Source of the DNA: an uncultured Verrucomicrobiae bacterium
Lineage (GTDB): Bacteria > Verrucomicrobiota > Verrucomicrobiia > Limisphaerales > Palsa-1400
Assembly: GCA_963764165.1 (NCBI GenBank)
Contig: CAVXRD010000003.1
Location: 224,001 to 288,000 of the forward strand
Direction: 5' to 3'
Length of the DNA: 64,000 nucleotides
Shown: in pieces, positions 39,250 to 51,097 of the stretch
Layout of the letters: each line of letters starts with the position of its first letter
How positions within the stretch are numbered: position 1 is the stretch's first letter
Position numbers and translations under genes: made by a program
The notes under the pieces: model-generated
Told to the model about the DNA's origin: nothing
Database searches by the model: none
What the model saw: only the letters and a program-made list of their open reading frames with translations

Positions 39250-39666
39250 ATGAAAAAGTTGGTCACAAAAGTCTGGCCGCTAATGGCGTTTATTGGTGGA
39301 TTTTGCATTTATGAAGGGTTTCTCTTCGTCAACGACTACATTGCCCCACTTTTTCTAAATTCCCGTCTCGAACGACTCCATGAAACGGGGCTTCCGAAGG
39401 CCTGGATTGAAAACGGAAGCCTTCATTGTCGAATGAAAGCAGACGATTTCTGTTTGCCACTTCCGTACGGCTATCGCGCACTGGCCCCTAGAATTACCTC
39501 GGGCGGTTTTGATACAGTAGATGGGGTTGTCGAGCTTCGCCGAGATAATTCAGCAAAAGGCGCTGCCGGTTCCGAATTTCGCAATGTCCAGATCGGTGGT
39601 GACGTCCAGGTTGAACAAACGCTCGAGGGCATCATCATTCACTTTCATTACTTTGGCGATAAATGA
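39250..39666 (+). CDS. Hypothetical protein with N-terminal TM
   Basis: 138-aa ORF with a hydrophobic N-terminal segment; family not recognised. Confidence 0.5.
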   Translation: MKKLVTKVWPLMAFIGGFCIYEGFLFVNDYIAPLFLNSRLERLHETGLPKAWIENGSLHCRMKADDFCLPLPYGYRALAPRITSGGFDTVDGVVELRRDNSAKGAAGSEFRNVQIGGDVQVEQTLEGIIIHFHYFGDK

Positions 39667-39883
39667 ATCACGCACGTATGCGGACCGGGCAACCAGCAAC
39701 TTAAACCCATCGGCTTTTCCCCTATCGCAAAGGGAGTAGTTCACCCCATGCCGCCCTCAGATTGTCTTTACGAAAATTCCGCATGATGTGCTTGAGGCAA
39801 ATCGCGTGAACTCCGCGTCCGGCTGCAATTAGTGCATTCTTGCCGGGTTCTGAGTCCAGCGTTTTACCTCGGCAGTCTGATTT

Positions 39884-42800
39884 ATGACAAATGGTTCCTC
39901 AAACGATGTCGGCAAGGTAAAATCGAAGAGCCACCTTCTGGGTGGGATTTTCGCGGCGGGGGCGCTGCTCTTGCTCGCGAGCATGTTGATCACATTCCGC
40001 GCCGGGCACGTCTCAATCGAGGCCCAGCGCAAAATGGACGCGCAACTCAAGGTTCTCACGCAGATCAAACAATGGGAATCGACCGTCAAGGATGCCGAGA
40101 CCGGCCAGCGGGGCTATTTGCTCACCGGAGAAGACCGCTATCTTCAACCGTATTTGAATGCCTTGACCAATCTTGCCATCGAGGCGAGCGCCCTGAGACA
40201 AATGGTGGCCGACGGCGAGTTGTCGGGCGGGGAAATGAGCCGCACAGCCGACCTCATCCAGTTGAAACTTTCAGAATTGGCCGAGACTCTCCAGGCGCGG
40301 AAGCAAAGCGGGCTTGAAGCCGCCTTGGCCATCGTGAAAACCGACAAGGGCAAACAGACGATGGATCAGATTCGCGCAAGCTGCGATGACCTTATCCAAA
40401 TGGCCCAGCAAAAATACGACAATGCCAGCGCGCAGGCGGATGATGTTAATTTCTGGCGGACGGTCTTGTTCGTCGTGGTGACCATCTTAAATCTCGGCTT
40501 CTTCGCATGGGCCTTCTCAAGGATTTCGCGCCAGGAATGGCTCCAGCTCGGACACTCCAAGCTTAACGAAAATGTCGTCGGCGACGCCCAGCTTGAGGTG
40601 ATGACCAATAAAGCGCTCGCCTTCCTGGCCGAGTATCTGCATGCGAAAGTGGGGACGATCTTTGTGGAGGACGGCGGCGTATTTCGGCGCACGGCGTCCT
40701 ACGCGCTGGCCCGCAGCCACGGCCTGCCGGATAAATTTGAGTATGGCGAAGGCCTGATCGGCCAGGCCGCCAAAGACAAACGCGCGTTTGTCGTCCACAA
40801 TATTCGCGAAAACCATCTGCCGGTGACGACGGGTCTTGGAACAAGCCAGCCGCGCACGCTGATTGTCGCGCCGTTGAAAGCTGACAGCGTTGTCAATGCC
40901 GTGGTTGAATTGGGATTTTCGAATGTTGCGCCGGGAGGGGCGCTCGACTTGCTGGAACGCGTCAGCGAATCCCTCGGCATGGCGGTGCGCTCAGCGCAAT
41001 ACCGCACGCGCTTGCAGGAATTGCTCGAGGAAACACAGCGCCAGGGCGAAGAATTGCAGTCGCAAAGCGAGGAGTTGCGAGTCTCGAACGAGGAACTTGC
41101 CGAACAGAGCCGCGCGTTAAAAGAATCTCACGCGCGGCTGGAGCAGCAGCAAATTGAACTGGAGCAAACCAATTCCCAACTAGAGGAACAAACGCAAATG
41201 CTCGAGGCGCAGCGCAGCGATCTCGTCCAGGCCAAGGAGGAGCTGGAGAATCAGGCCCGGCTCGTCGAGCAGGCCAGCCGCTACAAATCCGACTTCCTGG
41301 CCAATATGTCGCACGAGCTTCGCACGCCGCTGAATTCCTCCCTCATCCTGGCGAAATTGCTGGCCGACAATCGCGGGGGAAATCTGACGGCGGAGCAAAT
41401 CAAATACGCCAACACGATTCACTCGGCCGGGCATGATTTGTTGAATTTGATCAACGACGTGCTCGACCTCGCCAAAGTCGAGGCCGGAAAGATGGATCTC
41501 AAGACGGAATCCGTCCTGGTCGCCGATTTGCTGGAAAGCCTGCGCGGCATGTTTGAGCCGATGTGCGCGGCGAAGAAGCTGACATTGCGCTGCACTATTG
41601 ATCCGACGGCCCCCGAATCGCTGGAGACAGATCGCCGCCGGCTGGAGCAAGTGTTAAAGAACCTCCTTTCCAATGCTGTCAAGTTTACGGAGAAAGGCGA
41701 AGTGGGGCTGGATGTTTCGCGCGCCCAGAATCGGGCGGTGGCCTTTGCCGTTCGCGACACGGGAATCGGCATCGCTCAAAATCAGCAAAAGATCATTTTT
41801 GAGCCATTCCGCCAGGTCGATCCTACGCCGGACCGAAAATACGGCGGCACCGGGCTGGGGCTTTCGATCTCACGCGAATTGGTGCGCCTGATGGGTGGGA
41901 CAATGACGGTTCGCAGCGAGGTGGATCGAGGGAGCGTCTTCACCCTTATTTTGCCCGAAAAGTATATCGAGCCTAAAGGTGGGGGGGCCGCATCAGCCAA
42001 CGTCGTCACTGCAGTGAATCCGTCGCAATCCTATTATGCCACGCCGCCCCGCCCCGCCCCCGCGCGCCAGCAAAAACCGCAATTGCCTGACGACCGCGAA
42101 ACACTGGGCGGCGGGGACCGCGTCATCCTGATTGTTGAGGACGACGCTTCGTTTGCGGAAATTCTTCGCGATCTCGCGCATGAAATGCAGTTTCAGGCGC
42201 TTATCGGGCAGAGCGCCGAGCAGGCGCTCATCCTGGCGCGGCAATTCAAGCCAAACGCCGTTATACTTGACATCGGCTTGCCGGATAATTCCGGGATGTT
42301 TGTGCTGGAGCGCCTGAAGGCGGACCCGCGCACACGCCATATTCCTGTTCACGTCGTCTCCGCCAATGATTACTCCCAGCCCGCCCTCGCGATGGGCGCG
42401 GTCGGTTACATGCTCAAACCGGTGAAGCGCGACCAGCTCGTGGAAGCGTTTCAGAAGCTGGAAATCAAGCTCACTCAGAAATTGCGCCGCGTCCTTCTCG
42501 TGGAGGACGATGCGGCGCAGTTGGACAGCCTCAAGGAGCTGCTCGGTTCGCGCGAAGTGGAAACCGTCGGCGCCCGCACCGCAAGGGAGTGCCTGGAGAA
42601 ATTGAAGGAGGCGACATTTGATTGCATGGTGCTGGACTTAAGCCTGCCCGACGCGACCGGTTTCTCGCTGCTGGAAACTTTAAGCGCGGAAGAATCCTAT
42701 TCCTTCCCGCCCGTCATTATTTACACCGGCAAGGAATTGACCGATGACGAGGAGCAAAAGCTGCGGAAGTATTCCAAGTCAATCATCATCAAAGGCGCCA

Positions 42801-43303
42801 AATCGCCTGAGCGCCTGCTCGACGAAGTCACCTTGTTCCTCCATCAGGTCGTCTCGCAATTGCCAGAGGAAAAGCAGCGGATGCTCGAAAAAGCCCGCAG
42901 CCGCGATGCCGCGATGGAGGGCAAACGCATTCTCATCGTTGAGGATGACATTCGAAATATCTTCGCCCTGACCTCGCTCCTTGAGCCAAAAGGGGTCGCG
43001 ATAGAAGTGAGCCGCAACGGCCGGGAAGCGCTGCAAGCGCTTGAACGGACAGACGGCAATGAGGGAAAACGAATCGATCTCGTGCTCATGGACATCATGA
43101 TGCCCGAAATGAACGGCATCGACGCCATGCGCGCCATCCGCAAGAATCAAAAATGGAAGGATTTGCCGATCATCGCGCTGACGGCCAAGGCGATGCGTGA
43201 AGACCAGGAGAAATGCATTGAAGCCGGCGCCAATGATTATCTGCCCAAGCCAATTGATGTGGACAAACTCGTCTCGCTGATCCGCATCTGGATGCCCCGA
43301 TGA
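39884..43303 (+). CDS. Hybrid sensor kinase CHASE3-GAF-coiled coil-HisKA-HATPase-3xREC
   Basis: DAETGQRGYLLTG (CHASE3), FLANMSHELRTPLN, GGTGLGL, three receiver domains. Confidence 0.95.
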   Translation: MTNGSSNDVGKVKSKSHLLGGIFAAGALLLLASMLITFRAGHVSIEAQRKMDAQLKVLTQIKQWESTVKDAETGQRGYLLTGEDRYLQPYLNALTNLAIEASALRQMVADGELSGGEMSRTADLIQLKLSELAETLQARKQSGLEAALAIVKTDKGKQTMDQIRASCDDLIQMAQQKYDNASAQADDVNFWRTVLFVVVTILNLGFFAWAFSRISRQEWLQLGHSKLNENVVGDAQLEVMTNKALAFLAEYLHAKVGTIFVEDGGVFRRTASYALARSHGLPDKFEYGEGLIGQAAKDKRAFVVHNIRENHLPVTTGLGTSQPRTLIVAPLKADSVVNAVVELGFSNVAPGGALDLLERVSESLGMAVRSAQYRTRLQELLEETQRQGEELQSQSEELRVSNEELAEQSRALKESHARLEQQQIELEQTNSQLEEQTQMLEAQRSDLVQAKEELENQARLVEQASRYKSDFLANMSHELRTPLNSSLILAKLLADNRGGNLTAEQIKYANTIHSAGHDLLNLINDVLDLAKVEAGKMDLKTESVLVADLLESLRGMFEPMCAAKKLTLRCTIDPTAPESLETDRRRLEQVLKNLLSNAVKFTEKGEVGLDVSRAQNRAVAFAVRDTGIGIAQNQQKIIFEPFRQVDPTPDRKYGGTGLGLSISRELVRLMGGTMTVRSEVDRGSVFTLILPEKYIEPKGGGAASANVVTAVNPSQSYYATPPRPAPARQQKPQLPDDRETLGGGDRVILIVEDDASFAEILRDLAHEMQFQALIGQSAEQALILARQFKPNAVILDIGLPDNSGMFVLERLKADPRTRHIPVHVVSANDYSQPALAMGAVGYMLKPVKRDQLVEAFQKLEIKLTQKLRRVLLVEDDAAQLDSLKELLGSREVETVGARTARECLEKLKEATFDCMVLDLSLPDATGFSLLETLSAEESYSFPPVIIYTGKELTDDEEQKLRKYSKSIIIKGAKSPERLLDEVTLFLHQVVSQLPEEKQRMLEKARSRDAAMEGKRILIVEDDIRNIFALTSLLEPKGVAIEVSRNGREALQALERTDGNEGKRIDLVLMDIMMPEMNGIDAMRAIRKNQKWKDLPIIALTAKAMREDQEKCIEAGANDYLPKPIDVDKLVSLIRIWMPR

Positions 43304-44133
43304 AGAGCGCGGCAGTTGAATGCGAAGACATCGAATTGCGTCTCTTATTGGAGGCGATTTTCCGAAGGTACCATTATGACTTTCGGAATTATTCGATGGC
43401 TTCCGTGAAACGTCGGCTGGCGCAGGCCAAAGACCGATTCCAGTGCGAAAGCTTTTCACAGCTTCAGGACAAAGTCCTTCATGACGAAACGATGCTGCCG
43501 CAGCTTATCAATTACTTGACAGTCCCGGTGAGCGAGATGTTCCGAGACCCGTCCTATTTCCGGTTCCTGCGCCACGATGTCATGCCGCACCTGCGCACGT
43601 ACCCGTCGTTAAAGGTGTGGATCGCCGGGTGCAGCACGGGAGAGGAGCTTTACTCCCTGGCCATTCTTTTCCGGGAGGAGAAGCTGGAAAACCGCACATT
43701 GTTTTACGCCACCGACATCAACGTCCGATCCCTGGAGAAAGCGCAGGCTGGTGTTTATGAACTGGATCGCATCGCGCAATTCACCAGGAACCACCGTGAT
43801 TCCGGATCGAAAACATCCCTTTCGGAATATTACACGGTTGCTTACAACGCGGCGATTTTCGACAAGAGCCTGCGCGAGCGGGCCGTTTTTTCCGACCATA
43901 GCCTTGTGTCGGATTCCGTGTTCGCGGAGGTCCAATTGGTTTCCTGCCGGAATGTGCTGATTTATTTCAACCGTCCGCTGCAGGATCGAGCGATGGGATT
44001 ATTCAAGGATTCGCTTGTGCGGAAGGGATTTCTCGGGCTGGGATCACGCGAGAGCATGCGATTTTCTTCGCACGCAAAATGTTTTACGGATTTTTCCCGG
44101 GAACTGCGCATTTACCAAAAGGAGACGGATTGA
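43300..44133 (+). CDS. cheR: CheR-type protein-glutamate methyltransferase
   Basis: SEMFRDP, WIAGCSTGEE, ATDI, CRNVLIYF. Confidence 0.93.
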   Translation: MKSAAVECEDIELRLLLEAIFRRYHYDFRNYSMASVKRRLAQAKDRFQCESFSQLQDKVLHDETMLPQLINYLTVPVSEMFRDPSYFRFLRHDVMPHLRTYPSLKVWIAGCSTGEELYSLAILFREEKLENRTLFYATDINVRSLEKAQAGVYELDRIAQFTRNHRDSGSKTSLSEYYTVAYNAAIFDKSLRERAVFSDHSLVSDSVFAEVQLVSCRNVLIYFNRPLQDRAMGLFKDSLVRKGFLGLGSRESMRFSSHAKCFTDFSRELRIYQKETD

Positions 44134-44735
44134 GCGCCCGCGCGAAACCAGAAGCCATTGTGATTGGCGCGTCGGCTGGCGCAATAAATGTGCTGTCAAC
44201 CATCCTGCCCCATTTGGGGCCGGACTTTCCCCTGCCCGTCTTTGTGGTGGTGCATATTCCCCCCAACACGCGAAGCATTCTGCCGGAAATTTTTGGCTCC
44301 AAATGCCGGAGCCGAATCAAGGAGGCGGAGGACAAAGAGGCGATTGAACCGGGCGTGGTTTATTTCGCGCCGCCGGATTATCATTTGCTGGTGGAATCGA
44401 ATGGCTCGCTTTCGCTCTCGAGCGATGAACAGGAGATTTTTTCGCGCCCGGCCATTAACGTGCTGTTTGAGTCCGCCGTGGACGCTTACGGCGCGGGATT
44501 GGTGGGAGTCTTATTGACTGGCGCAAGCCACGACGGCGCCCGCGGGGTTCGAGCTATTCTCGATGCAGGCGGGCAGGTCGTCATACAGGACCCGGAGAGC
44601 GCCGAAGCCCGCGCCATGCCGGAAGCTGCGCTGGCGGTCTGCCCGGAGATCAAGCCGATGGCGCTTGAGGGAATTGGCCCGTTTCTCGCCGGGCTCGAGA
44701 CCGAGGCAAAGTCCAATGCAAATGAAGCCTGTTAA
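44130..44735 (+). CDS. cheB: CheB-type methylesterase, catalytic domain only
   Basis: IGASAG, VVH, APPDYHL, SRPAI, LTGASHDG, QDPESA; no receiver domain. Confidence 0.92.
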   Translation: MSARAKPEAIVIGASAGAINVLSTILPHLGPDFPLPVFVVVHIPPNTRSILPEIFGSKCRSRIKEAEDKEAIEPGVVYFAPPDYHLLVESNGSLSLSSDEQEIFSRPAINVLFESAVDAYGAGLVGVLLTGASHDGARGVRAILDAGGQVVIQDPESAEARAMPEAALAVCPEIKPMALEGIGPFLAGLETEAKSNANEAC

Positions 44736-45933
44736 ATTTCTTCTTGTTGACGACTTGGAGGCCAACCTGGACGCTCTGGCGGGATTGCTGGAGCGCGACG
44801 GGCTGGAATTGCTGCGCGCGCGTTCAGGCAAGGAGGCGCTGGAGCTTCTTTTCACCAACGATATTGCCCTCGCCTTTCTCGATGTGCAGATGCCGGGAAT
44901 GAACGGCTTTGAGCTGGCGGAAATGATGCGCGGCACCGCGAAAACGAAACGCGTTCCAATCATATTCCTAACAGCGGGATTGAATGACCAGGAACGGCGG
45001 TTCCGCGGGTATGACGCGGGCGCGGTGGATTTTCTCGGCAAGCCAATTGAGCCGCACATTTTGCAAAGCAAAGCCAATGTCTTTTTTGAACTGGCCCGCC
45101 AGCGGCACGAACTGCAGGCCATCGCCGAAGAGAAAGCCGTCCTGATAACATCGCTGGGAGAGGCGCAGGAGAAATTGCAGCGCCACGCCACGGAACTCGA
45201 CCAGCGTGTCCGCGAGCGCACCGCCTCACTGGAGGAAACGAATAATCATCTCGAAGCGTTCTGTTATACAATTGCGCATGATCTGCGGGCTCCGTTGCGC
45301 GCGCAAAACAGTTTTGCCCATCTCTTGATTGAGGACTTTGGCGAAGTCCTTGGCGAAACAGGCAGGGACCTTGCGCAACGAATTCAAGCTGCGGCGGAAC
45401 GCCAGGAAAACCTCATCAACGATCTGCTGACCTACTCGCGCATCAGCCGCCACGATATTCCCATGGCGGCGGTCAACTTGTGCAAGGCTGTAATGGCGGC
45501 CTCGGAGGATACGGCCTTCCTTATCCGGGAAGCCGGCGCGCACACGGAAGTGGGATCGTGTGATTTTGAGGTGCGCGCGCACGAAACAACCCTCGTTACC
45601 GCCATAAGCAATCTTCTTTCCAACGCGCTCAAATTCAAGCGTCCGAGCGTGGCGCCCCGCGTCAAATTCGAGGCCGAAGGCCGCGGCCAATTTGTCCGGC
45701 TCTGGGTCATCGACAATGGGATCGGCATTGCGCCGCAGTATTTCGAGACGATTTTCGGGGTTTTCGCGCGCCTGCACAAAGTCGGGCAATATGCTGGCAC
45801 CGGCGTCGGGCTTGCCATTGTCAAAAAGGCTATTGAGCGCATGGGCGGACAAGTTGGACTGGAGTCGGTTGAGGGAAGCGGCAGCCGATTCTGGATTGAG
45901 TTGGAGCGAGCGGGAAGCTTGGATCCCAAATAG
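44716..45933 (+). CDS. REC-histidine kinase
   Basis: LLVDDLEANL, LDVQMP, AHDLRAPLR, DNGIGI, GTGVGL. Confidence 0.93.
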   Translation: MQMKPVKFLLVDDLEANLDALAGLLERDGLELLRARSGKEALELLFTNDIALAFLDVQMPGMNGFELAEMMRGTAKTKRVPIIFLTAGLNDQERRFRGYDAGAVDFLGKPIEPHILQSKANVFFELARQRHELQAIAEEKAVLITSLGEAQEKLQRHATELDQRVRERTASLEETNNHLEAFCYTIAHDLRAPLRAQNSFAHLLIEDFGEVLGETGRDLAQRIQAAAERQENLINDLLTYSRISRHDIPMAAVNLCKAVMAASEDTAFLIREAGAHTEVGSCDFEVRAHETTLVTAISNLLSNALKFKRPSVAPRVKFEAEGRGQFVRLWVIDNGIGIAPQYFETIFGVFARLHKVGQYAGTGVGLAIVKKAIERMGGQVGLESVEGSGSRFWIELERAGSLDPK

Positions 45934-45954
45934 CGCCCTTCGCCGCAGGAAGCG

Positions 45955-46356
45955 TCAGTTGGCCTTCTTCAAAAAGTCGACAATCTCCGCGTTTTGAGGA
46001 GTCTTCTTGAAATATTTATCGACGTGAAGTTCCGAGGCGCGCTTCAAATCGCGCGGGTCGTCCGAAGAACTGAGAATCACAACAGGGAGTTTTTCAAATC
46101 CCTCCGCGTTTTTCACCCACTCGAGAACTTCAAATCCAGATCGGCGAGGCATCTTCAAATCAAGCACCAGCAAGTCCGGCAGCGGATGTTTCTGACGATC
46201 GGCAAATTCTCCATCCCCGCGAAGCCACTCGATGGCGTATTCGCCATCGTCCACACACCATAATTTGTCACCCACGGCCGCCCGCTTCAGGGCGATTTTC
46301 AAAATAAAGACATCGTCAGGATTATCTTCGGCGTAAAGAATGTTTTTTGCGCTCAT
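45955..46356 (-). CDS. Single-domain response regulator
   Basis: ILYAEDNPDD, LDLKMP, VILSSS. Confidence 0.92.
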   Translation of the reverse strand: MSAKNILYAEDNPDDVFILKIALKRAAVGDKLWCVDDGEYAIEWLRGDGEFADRQKHPLPDLLVLDLKMPRRSGFEVLEWVKNAEGFEKLPVVILSSSDDPRDLKRASELHVDKYFKKTPQNAEIVDFLKKAN

Positions 46357-46522
46357 CCAAGCAAAAAGTTATAAATTCATCCCCGGGCGGGCTCGTTTCC
46401 GGCGCGGCGGCTTTACTCTCCGCGTTTTAGCTGGAGAAAACGCTCTGCCCTCCAACGAATTATGGCGTAACATGACATTTTCGAGATGGATAGTCAAATG
46501 GAGGGAATAGCCCAGAAGGCTA

Positions 46523-46586
46523 GAACCCATCTCATAAATAGGGGACAGGCGCCCATCTCCTATTCCCCTATTTATGAGATGGGTTC
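46523..46586. mobile_element. 64-bp miniature inverted-repeat element / hairpin downstream of pyrG
   Basis: Perfect 23-bp IR GAACCCATCTCATAAATAGGGGA (46523-46545 / 46564-46586); CTAG at the left junction, CCAG at the right. Confidence 0.6.
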
Positions 46587-46609
46587 CAGTTTCCAGGAGT
46601 GAAACAGCC

Positions 46610-48229
<1,620 letters not shown>

Positions 48230-48973
48230 TTATTTTTCCGCGGCTTTTTTCAGCAGCATTTCGACGCGTTTGACGTCAGCCGGGACATCCACCCCAACGC
48301 TGTCGTAGCTGACCTTGACCACCGCGATGCCAATGCCATTTTCCAAAGCGCGCAGTTGCTCCAGTTTTTCCGCCTGTTCCAGCGGCGATACCGGAAAACC
48401 CACAAGCCGCAAAAGCGTCTCGCGCCGGTAACCGTAAATTCCCAAGTGCTTCAAAAACGGAAACGCCGCCAACTGCTTTTCGCCCGTGGCGGCGTCGCGG
48501 ACATACGGAATCGTACGCCGGGAAAAATATAAGGCACGGCCCGTCGCATTGACAACGACTTTCACAACGTTTGGGCTTTCCAGCTCAGCGAGCGTCTCAA
48601 TTGGCGTCGCGGCGGTCGACATTTCCTCGGTGTTCAAGGCCTCCGCCACCGCGTCAATCACCCGCGGGTCAATCAGCGGCTCGTCGCCCTGGATATTGAT
48701 GATCGCATCGCATTGGCAATTCCTGGCTACCTCCGCGATGCGGTCGGTGCCGCTCGGATGATCGGGGCCCGTCAATTCCGTCCGGCAGAAACCTTGCGTC
48801 ACCTCCATGATCCTCACGTCATCCGTCGCGACGATGATTTCACGGAGCGAATGCGCTTTCTGGCACTGCTCGACAACGTGCTGAATGAGCGGCTTGCCAG
48901 CGATCAACGCCAGCGGTTTGCCGGGAAATCGGGAAGAGCCGTAGCGCGCCGGAATAATGCCAAAGATTTTCAT
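48230..48973 (-). CDS. kdsB: 3-deoxy-manno-octulosonate cytidylyltransferase
   Basis: IPARYGSSRFPGKPLA, SGTDR, NIQGDEP, EKLEQLRALENG. Confidence 0.97.
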   Translation of the reverse strand: MKIFGIIPARYGSSRFPGKPLALIAGKPLIQHVVEQCQKAHSLREIIVATDDVRIMEVTQGFCRTELTGPDHPSGTDRIAEVARNCQCDAIINIQGDEPLIDPRVIDAVAEALNTEEMSTAATPIETLAELESPNVVKVVVNATGRALYFSRRTIPYVRDAATGEKQLAAFPFLKHLGIYGYRRETLLRLVGFPVSPLEQAEKLEQLRALENGIGIAVVKVSYDSVGVDVPADVKRVEMLLKKAAEK

Positions 48974-49521
48974 AGGTCGTTCAAAATCCATTTTGCCGCG
49001 CCGGCCAGATCGTCCACCACAACCGCAGAAGCCAGAGTTTCTGGATGCGCGCTTTCCAATTTGCGGCCATAGCCGGTGCGCACCAGCAGGCTTTTCTTCA
49101 CGCCGGCGTTCCAGCCGCACTCGAGGTCGATGAGTTTGTCGCCAATCATGTAACTGCCGGCCAGATCAAGACCGAATTCGTCGCGCGCGTCAAAAAGAAA
49201 TTGCGGGGAAGGCTTGCGCCCCCGGCTCGGCGCGCCCGGCGCCTCGGGCGCGATGTAAATCTTCTCAAATCGGACGCCGGACGCCAAAAACAATTCCACC
49301 AAGCGCGCATTCACCCGCTCGACCTCCGCCAGCGTAAAATAGCCGCGCCCGACGCCTGATTGATTGGAAACAATGATGAGCGCGAAGCCTGCCTTTTGCA
49401 ACGACAGCAAAGCAGCCGCCCCATCAGGGTAAGGCACGACATTGGCCGGGTCCGACAAATACTCCTTCTCTTCGATCAGAGTTCCATCCCGGTCTAAAAA
49501 AACTGCGCGGCGCAATTTCAA
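48970..49521 (-). CDS. gmhB: D-glycero-D-manno-heptose 1,7-bisphosphate phosphatase (HAD)
   Basis: AVFLDRDGTL, SNQSGVGRG, RKPSP, MIGDKLID; TTG start inferred. Confidence 0.85.
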   Translation of the reverse strand: MKLRRAVFLDRDGTLIEEKEYLSDPANVVPYPDGAAALLSLQKAGFALIIVSNQSGVGRGYFTLAEVERVNARLVELFLASGVRFEKIYIAPEAPGAPSRGRKPSPQFLFDARDEFGLDLAGSYMIGDKLIDLECGWNAGVKKSLLVRTGYGRKLESAHPETLASAVVVDDLAGAAKWILNDL

Positions 49522-49631
49522 GTGACCATTATACACAATGTTCCAAGGATTTCCGCAAGCCCGCATCGGACGCCAGCCCCCATTGATCTTCTGCCCCGCG
49601 TCGTCAATTTGCCCACCCGGACAAAACGCGC

Positions 49632-49667
49632 TTGTCGGCGGCAAGTTTCCCCGTTAATTTACGCCGT
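49632..49667 (+). promoter_or_regulatory. Sigma70-type promoter, probably leaderless
   Basis: TTGTCG (49632), 17 bp, TAATTT (49655-49660), 7 nt, ATG 49668. Confidence 0.5.
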
Positions 49668-49922
49668 ATGAGCGCGGTTGAACTCGCAGTCAAGAAAGTC
49701 AGGAAATTGTCTGCTCCGCAGGCGCGGGAATTGTTGGGCTGGCTGGAGAAGCATCAGGGCAATGGAAAGCCTGTCAAACGGCGGCGCCAGCCTTCGTTGC
49801 GCAAAGGCACGGCCCGCCAGCGCAAGGAAATACTAAAGGCGTGGCTCGAATCAGTGCGCGGAAAGACCGATTGGGAGCCGCCTCGAATGTCCGACGAGTT
49901 GGTCAAACCATTTCGGCTGTGA
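49668..49922 (+). CDS. Putative antitoxin (VapB role)
   Basis: Small basic ORF, GTGA overlap with the PIN gene; family not recognised. Confidence 0.65.
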   Translation: MSAVELAVKKVRKLSAPQARELLGWLEKHQGNGKPVKRRRQPSLRKGTARQRKEILKAWLESVRGKTDWEPPRMSDELVKPFRL

Positions 49923-50326
49923 ACTTCGTGCTGGACACGAATGCCGTTAGTGAAACGAGAAAATCACGGCCCAACCCCGGGCTTCTCGACTGGTTGCGCG
50001 CCCAAGATATTGCCCACCTTTTCATCACCTCCATTTCATTGGGTGAAATATGGAATGGTCTTCATTGCTTGCCACTTGCCCATTCCGACTACGAGAACAT
50101 CAAGCAATTTGCGGATAACCTGCCGAAGATCTACCGCGTATTAAGCTTTGATCTGCGAGCAGCGGCAATATGGGGAGAATTAACCGCGAAGCCAAGCGGC
50201 GGCCCGTTGCCGTTGCGCGATTCATTTATCGGAGCAATCGCCCGTTCGCGTGGCTTCCGGGTCGTTTCTCGAGACGTCGCCCCATTCGAGCGCATGGGCT
50301 GCAAAGTGCTTAACCCGTGGCACTGA
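49919..50326 (+). CDS. vapC: VapC PIN-domain toxin
   Basis: FVLDTNAVSE, SISLGEI, DSFIGAIA, VSRD, LNPW. Confidence 0.92.
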   Translation: MNFVLDTNAVSETRKSRPNPGLLDWLRAQDIAHLFITSISLGEIWNGLHCLPLAHSDYENIKQFADNLPKIYRVLSFDLRAAAIWGELTAKPSGGPLPLRDSFIGAIARSRGFRVVSRDVAPFERMGCKVLNPWH

Positions 50327-50455
50327 GCGACGGATTTTTCCATGGTGGCCTTACCAGTCTTCCAACCCAACATCCTGCATCCAAACGCCTTTCCTGCGTC
50401 ACACAATCGTCACAAAAAACCTGTTTACCGGGCGGACATCCAAGGGTAAATAGAC

Positions 50456-51091
50456 GTGGCTATGTTTTCTCTGCAACAACTGCTCGGCAAGCAGGACAAA
50501 TTCTTTGATCTCCTGGAAGCGGCCGCGCAGGAGGCGCGGTCCAGCGTCGAGGCCCTTGTCAAATTGATAGCCAACCCGAACCAGACGACGCTCGCTTACG
50601 AAGTCGTGCAGCCGCGCCGGAAGGAAAAAGAAATCCGCGCCCAGATCAGCGAAGCCGTTTACACCACTTTCGTCACAGCGCTGGAGCGGGAGGACATTGA
50701 GAGCCTGGCCAACGCGCTTTACAAGATTCCCAAGACAGTTGAGAAATTCGGCGGCCGTTTCATTCTCTCGCCCCAGCACTTGCAGGGCGTCGATTTCACC
50801 AGGCAGGCCAACCTGCTGGCCCAAGCGACTGAAACCGTGGTCGAGATGGTCAAATGCTTGCGCCGCGGCGGAAAGCTCGAGGAAGTCCGCAGTCTGAACG
50901 ATAAAATGCAATACCTCGAAGGCGAAGCGGATAAAACCATCACCGAACTTTTGAAAGACCTCTACTCCGGCAAACGCGACCCGATCACAGTCGTCGTTCA
51001 TAAAGATCTTTATGAGCTGCTGGAGAAAGTCATTGATCGCTGCCGCGACGTCGGCAACGTGATTTCCAATATAGCGCTCAAGAACTCCTGA
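50456..51091 (+). CDS. DUF47 phosphate transport regulator (PhoU-like)
   Basis: KFFDLL, TFVTALEREDI, LEGEAD, LEKVIDRCRDV. Confidence 0.9.
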   Translation: MAMFSLQQLLGKQDKFFDLLEAAAQEARSSVEALVKLIANPNQTTLAYEVVQPRRKEKEIRAQISEAVYTTFVTALEREDIESLANALYKIPKTVEKFGGRFILSPQHLQGVDFTRQANLLAQATETVVEMVKCLRRGGKLEEVRSLNDKMQYLEGEADKTITELLKDLYSGKRDPITVVVHKDLYELLEKVIDRCRDVGNVISNIALKNS

Positions 51092-51097
51092 CACGCC

